A stretch of DNA of 62,515 bases, the filler included, from Sphacelaria rigidula (taxonomy: Eukaryota), in NCBI GenBank assembly GCA_964200075.2. It is 4 parts of 4 records of this genome, joined end to end, with 100 filler letters (N's around TTAATTAATTAA, not from the genome) between each part and the next. Parts side by side here need not be neighbours in the genome. Positions count along the whole stretch, not along the records: positions 46,968 to 62,515 come from CAXNAA020001703.1; 3 more parts are not named here. The stretch is one strand, 5' to 3'. A program made the translations under genes and the position numbers. The notes below the pieces were generated by a model, which saw nothing but the letters and a program-made list of their open reading frames with translations, was not told where the DNA came from and made no database searches. Below, in pieces: positions 59,982 through 62,515 of this stretch; within the stretch, counting starts at the first letter, position 1, and each line of letters opens with the position of its first letter.

Positions 59982-61435
59982 AAAAAGATCTACACGGAAA
60001 AAAGACACCTACACTACGAAAGATCTGTAAAAGACCGATTGAACTACAGGAGATCTACTGAGAGGTAAACAGTTCCGGTGTGGGACCTCTCCGACTACCT
60101 TGCCACGTACTTGCCGCGTACTGGTGTCTACACAGAGTAGTAACAGCGAGTAAGCCGATATTCGAACTGTGGCATACAACAGGAACCATCCCCGAAATAG
60201 ATCTTTTGTCTAGAGTGCTGTTCAAAGAGATTGTCCATAGAGCCTCCGCACCGGGGACTGAACAACGTCAGATGGGAAGATCCAGAAAAGACAAGAACAA
60301 AAAGGACGAGCCGATGGCAACGAGGAGAGAAAACGAGAAACTGAGTTCTCCGCTGGGTTCTAGTCAAGTAGCATCGTCATAGATACACAATAGACAGGGC
60401 GTGTCTAGCCTACACACAGCATAGCGCTATCATAAATAAACAGAATCTGTGCAGAGTGTCCTATATTCAACCATGAAAACATCGAATACCATCTGTATGT
60501 AGTTACCACAACAAAACAACTATCTCGAAAAATGAGCAGAAAAATAATATACCGCCCTCAATTAACTTCGGCACCCTGCTCTATTCTTCTCCGCTGCGGG
60601 GCTCTACTCGATGGTGACCTCCTGGCGCTCACATCTGTCCTCACCAGCGGCCCTGGCCAGCGCAACTTCCCATCTTCGCCAGTGTCCGTAGTCCCACATG
60701 TTCTCGTCGTTGTTTGTAGCCAGTGTCCTCTCTGCTTCCTTTCGTGCGGAAACACTTCCTTCTTCGTGTTGCACTCCGGTTCTGATCTTGATGTGTCTCG
60801 TCCAGGAGCTCAACCACACCTAACCCGTCGGTCGACAACGGCTTCTCCTCCATCCTTGTCGCCGAGACCAGCCCACACACCGCCACACGCTCGTTTGTAT
60901 CAAAGGTGTGCGTGCCAGCTTTCGACAGCAGTGTCATGTGCCTAACACCGAATCCTAACATGCCCGCACTCACGGTATTGACACATTACACTGTTTGTAA
61001 CACAGGATATACCCGCACTCAGAGCGATGAAATATTGTACTGTCTTATAACAGAGAGGTGGGTGTGCCTGATGGACGCCGCGCTGACCCAACTCTACCAC
61101 CACACCACGGCCTTGGCCAGGGGTAGTCGCGAGGAGGAATCACTTGTTGGGGGTGAGTCCGGCCTTGCACCCGCCGAAGAGACCGTCCCCACGCCATGAC
61201 GAGACCAGTCGTGGTGTTGGTTTGAACACCAGGAACGGAGAATAGAGGTCATATGTGCAGAGACCAGCTCCCAAAATTCGAGAAAATTGTCATGATCCAT
61301 GGAAATAAAAAAAACGGGGCGTTTCGAAGGTGGATACGAAAATAGAGGTTGTCGGCGGATCGCTGTTTTTACTCTTGACTCGAGCTCCGAACCAAACAAT
61401 CGGAGCAGAGTCTGTTCCGCACTATGTCGGCCCAG

Positions 61436-61790
61436 TGTGTTGTATGTGTGATCATCCCATCTATTCTGGACACCAGTCAATACACCCTTCGGTAGGTGTG
61501 AGCGCATCAGCCGGGGTCACAGGAGGAAGGCCAGCACGGGAGTATTATCATTCTTTATCTTGTTTCTAGCACTCCACCTTCCTCCTGCTGTGCTTGCTTT
61601 ATTTTTTTCACCACGAGAGGGGTTCAGCGATCCCCTTCCCTCGTCGACCGTCAGGTAGAGTCTTTTGTACCCACGACATTGTCGCTCTCCACTGTTGGGC
61701 ATGGTGTGAGGAAAAAATCCCAGGTCGTATGATTTCACCGAAATTCGAACACACGACCCAACCGTCAGAAAGTTTCGAGATTACCAGGCT
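61436..61790 (-). mobile_element. tRNA-derived SINE family B copy
   Basis: Colinear with 1706-1995 and ends in a short CA-rich tail. Confidence 0.68.
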
Positions 61791-62515
61791 TGTGCCCACT
61801 AATAGCGTGTTTTATTCGCATCGAAGGAGGTGAACCGTGGTCAAGGTTCCCGGAATACTCCTTGGGCAGGCCCGCGAAGTTCTCCCCCAGATGTGGCCCA
61901 TGCTACTGTGGGCGGATGTCTCGAGAATAAGCACGCGGTTTTCACCCGAGCCTGGGATTGTGTGTGAAAGGCTGAAAATCCTGCTGACTACATTGCACTA
62001 CACTACAGTGCCGCCTACACATGGCGTGGAGGTACAAAGCAGAAGCGAAGATGATGTCACCTTCACGAAATGGCACACCACCACAGACCCCAGAAGACGG
62101 TAGTGTCGGTCGGTGTAAGCAAGTGCCAGAGCGATGCTTGAGGGGGTTTTCGATGACCGATCGGAATAAAGATGTGAGTTGAAGGGGTTCATTGGTTTAC
62201 AGTGCTGCACAAGCCAGGCTTTTCGGTAAGGCTTGATCCGCGAAGCAAGTTTGTACAAATGCCCCTCTCCTGCAGTTCGAAGGAACTCGAACTATTGGCG
62301 CCCAGAAGTTCGACTTCCTTGGACAACCGCTTGTGTTTTTTTTGCAGTACGCAGTTCAAGTACGCCACCGTCGTGTCCATCGCTTGAAGCTGCTGTACGA
62401 ATAGATGGCTCAAGAAGGGCGCAAAACAAGAAGAAACAAAATTGACCATACCCTGGACAACAGAAAACACGATGAAAAAATGTACTACGCACAGTATGGA
62501 ATCTATTGTCTATTG

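Overview
Eukaryotic, intron-rich, repeat-dense DNA, inferred from gene architecture and repeat style to be a brown alga or related stramenopile. The window is not one locus. It is four contigs of near-identical, non-increasing length (1-15559, 15660-31218, 31319-46867, 46968-62515) joined by artificial 100-nt N44-TTAATTAATTAA-N44 linkers. Contig 1 holds the last five exons of a thymidylate kinase gene and a complete secreted two-domain expansin-like (EXLX-type) gene. Contig 2 holds a decayed Ty3/Gypsy chromovirus-type retrotransposon, a decayed LINE with a nested insertion, and an orphan CAP-Gly exon. Contig 3 holds a gene of at least 1295 codons with the architecture PHD-AP2-PHD-Zn finger; its AP2 domain is split over three exons and is invisible in the ORF track. 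Contig 4 is mostly repeats, with a methyltransferase-like relic between inverted telomere-motif-tipped repeats and weakly supported minus-strand exons. The best candidates for something new are the PHD-AP2-PHD protein and the expansin-like protein. All gene models were built by hand from splice signals and phase consistency.
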